Assembly: GCA_031389475.1 (NCBI GenBank)
Contig: JANMSP010000422.1
Location: forward strand, 1-33,356
Direction of reading: 5' to 3'
DNA length: 33,356 bases
DNA from: Pyrinomonadaceae bacterium
GTDB lineage: Bacteria > Acidobacteriota > Blastocatellia > Pyrinomonadales > Pyrinomonadaceae
Shown: positions 33,257 to 33,356 of the stretch, one piece after another
Position numbering within the stretch: the first letter of the stretch is position 1
Layout: every line of letters begins with the position of its first letter
Translations under genes and position numbers: made by a program
The notes under the pieces: model-generated
What the model saw: the letters and a program-made list of their open reading frames with translations, nothing else
Databases searched by the model: none
Told to the model about the DNA's origin: nothing

Positions 33257-33356
33257 TGATATTGAAAGTTAAACCGCGGACTCTGTCAGAACCGGGAGCG
33301 ATAGCGACTGGGTTCTTTGCGTTAGTGGCTCAGTTCTGTTGACATTCAACAAAATT
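33253..33356. mobile_element. Partial repeat element starting with CTAGTG, truncated by the window end
   Basis: It begins CTAGTGATATTGAAAGTT... directly at a gene stop, like copies B and C. It contains the 33-nt block GTCAGAACCGGGAGCGATAGCGACTGGGTTCTT (33285-33317), which is also found inside mutS2. Confidence 0.45.

Overview
A 33.4-kb chromosomal window from a Gram-negative-type bacterium (lpxD is present). The gene style suggests an Acidobacteriota-like soil organism, which is inference only: a CadC-type winged-helix/TolB-propeller regulator, tandem secreted amidohydrolases, and dnaG-rpoD without rpsU. Gene order: an ABC-2 permease / TPR protein / ABC ATPase operon; a small membrane protein (-); priA; a Uma2-family nuclease (-); lpxD; an orphan HExxH metalloprotease-like gene (-); msrB; a secreted hypothetical (-); a transmembrane winged-helix regulator; three secreted amidohydrolase-fold genes (-); ada (-); a DCC-family thiol-disulfide oxidoreductase; a DUF427 gene; mutS2; a secreted hypothetical; a dnaG 5' remnant; a UPF0175/PIN(DUF3368) toxin-antitoxin pair; dnaG; rpoD; and a five-gene envelope cluster (GT-C-like membrane protein, UbiA-type phosphoribosyltransferase, DprE1-like, DprE2-like, small membrane protein). 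The most unusual content is not genic. (1) A family of MITE-like long palindromic elements has CTAGTGC... termini. There are four full copies, including a tandem pair sharing one CTAG, and one partial copy. In three cases the terminus coincides with a gene's TAG stop codon. (2) Repeat-derived DNA sits in frame inside mutS2, between the HPLL motif and the Walker A motif. (3) Heptanucleotide tandem arrays fill the intercistronic spacers of the amidohydrolase operon and also occur inside mutS2. (4) A toxin-antitoxin cassette is flanked by diverged 123-bp direct repeats of the dnaG 5' end, and the toxin stop codon abuts the dnaG ATG. (5) A decaprenyl-phospho-arabinose-like lipid-sugar pathway occurs outside Actinobacteria. 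No rRNA, tRNA, CRISPR array, transposase or integrase gene was seen. All coordinates and identities come from hand reading and need computational confirmation.
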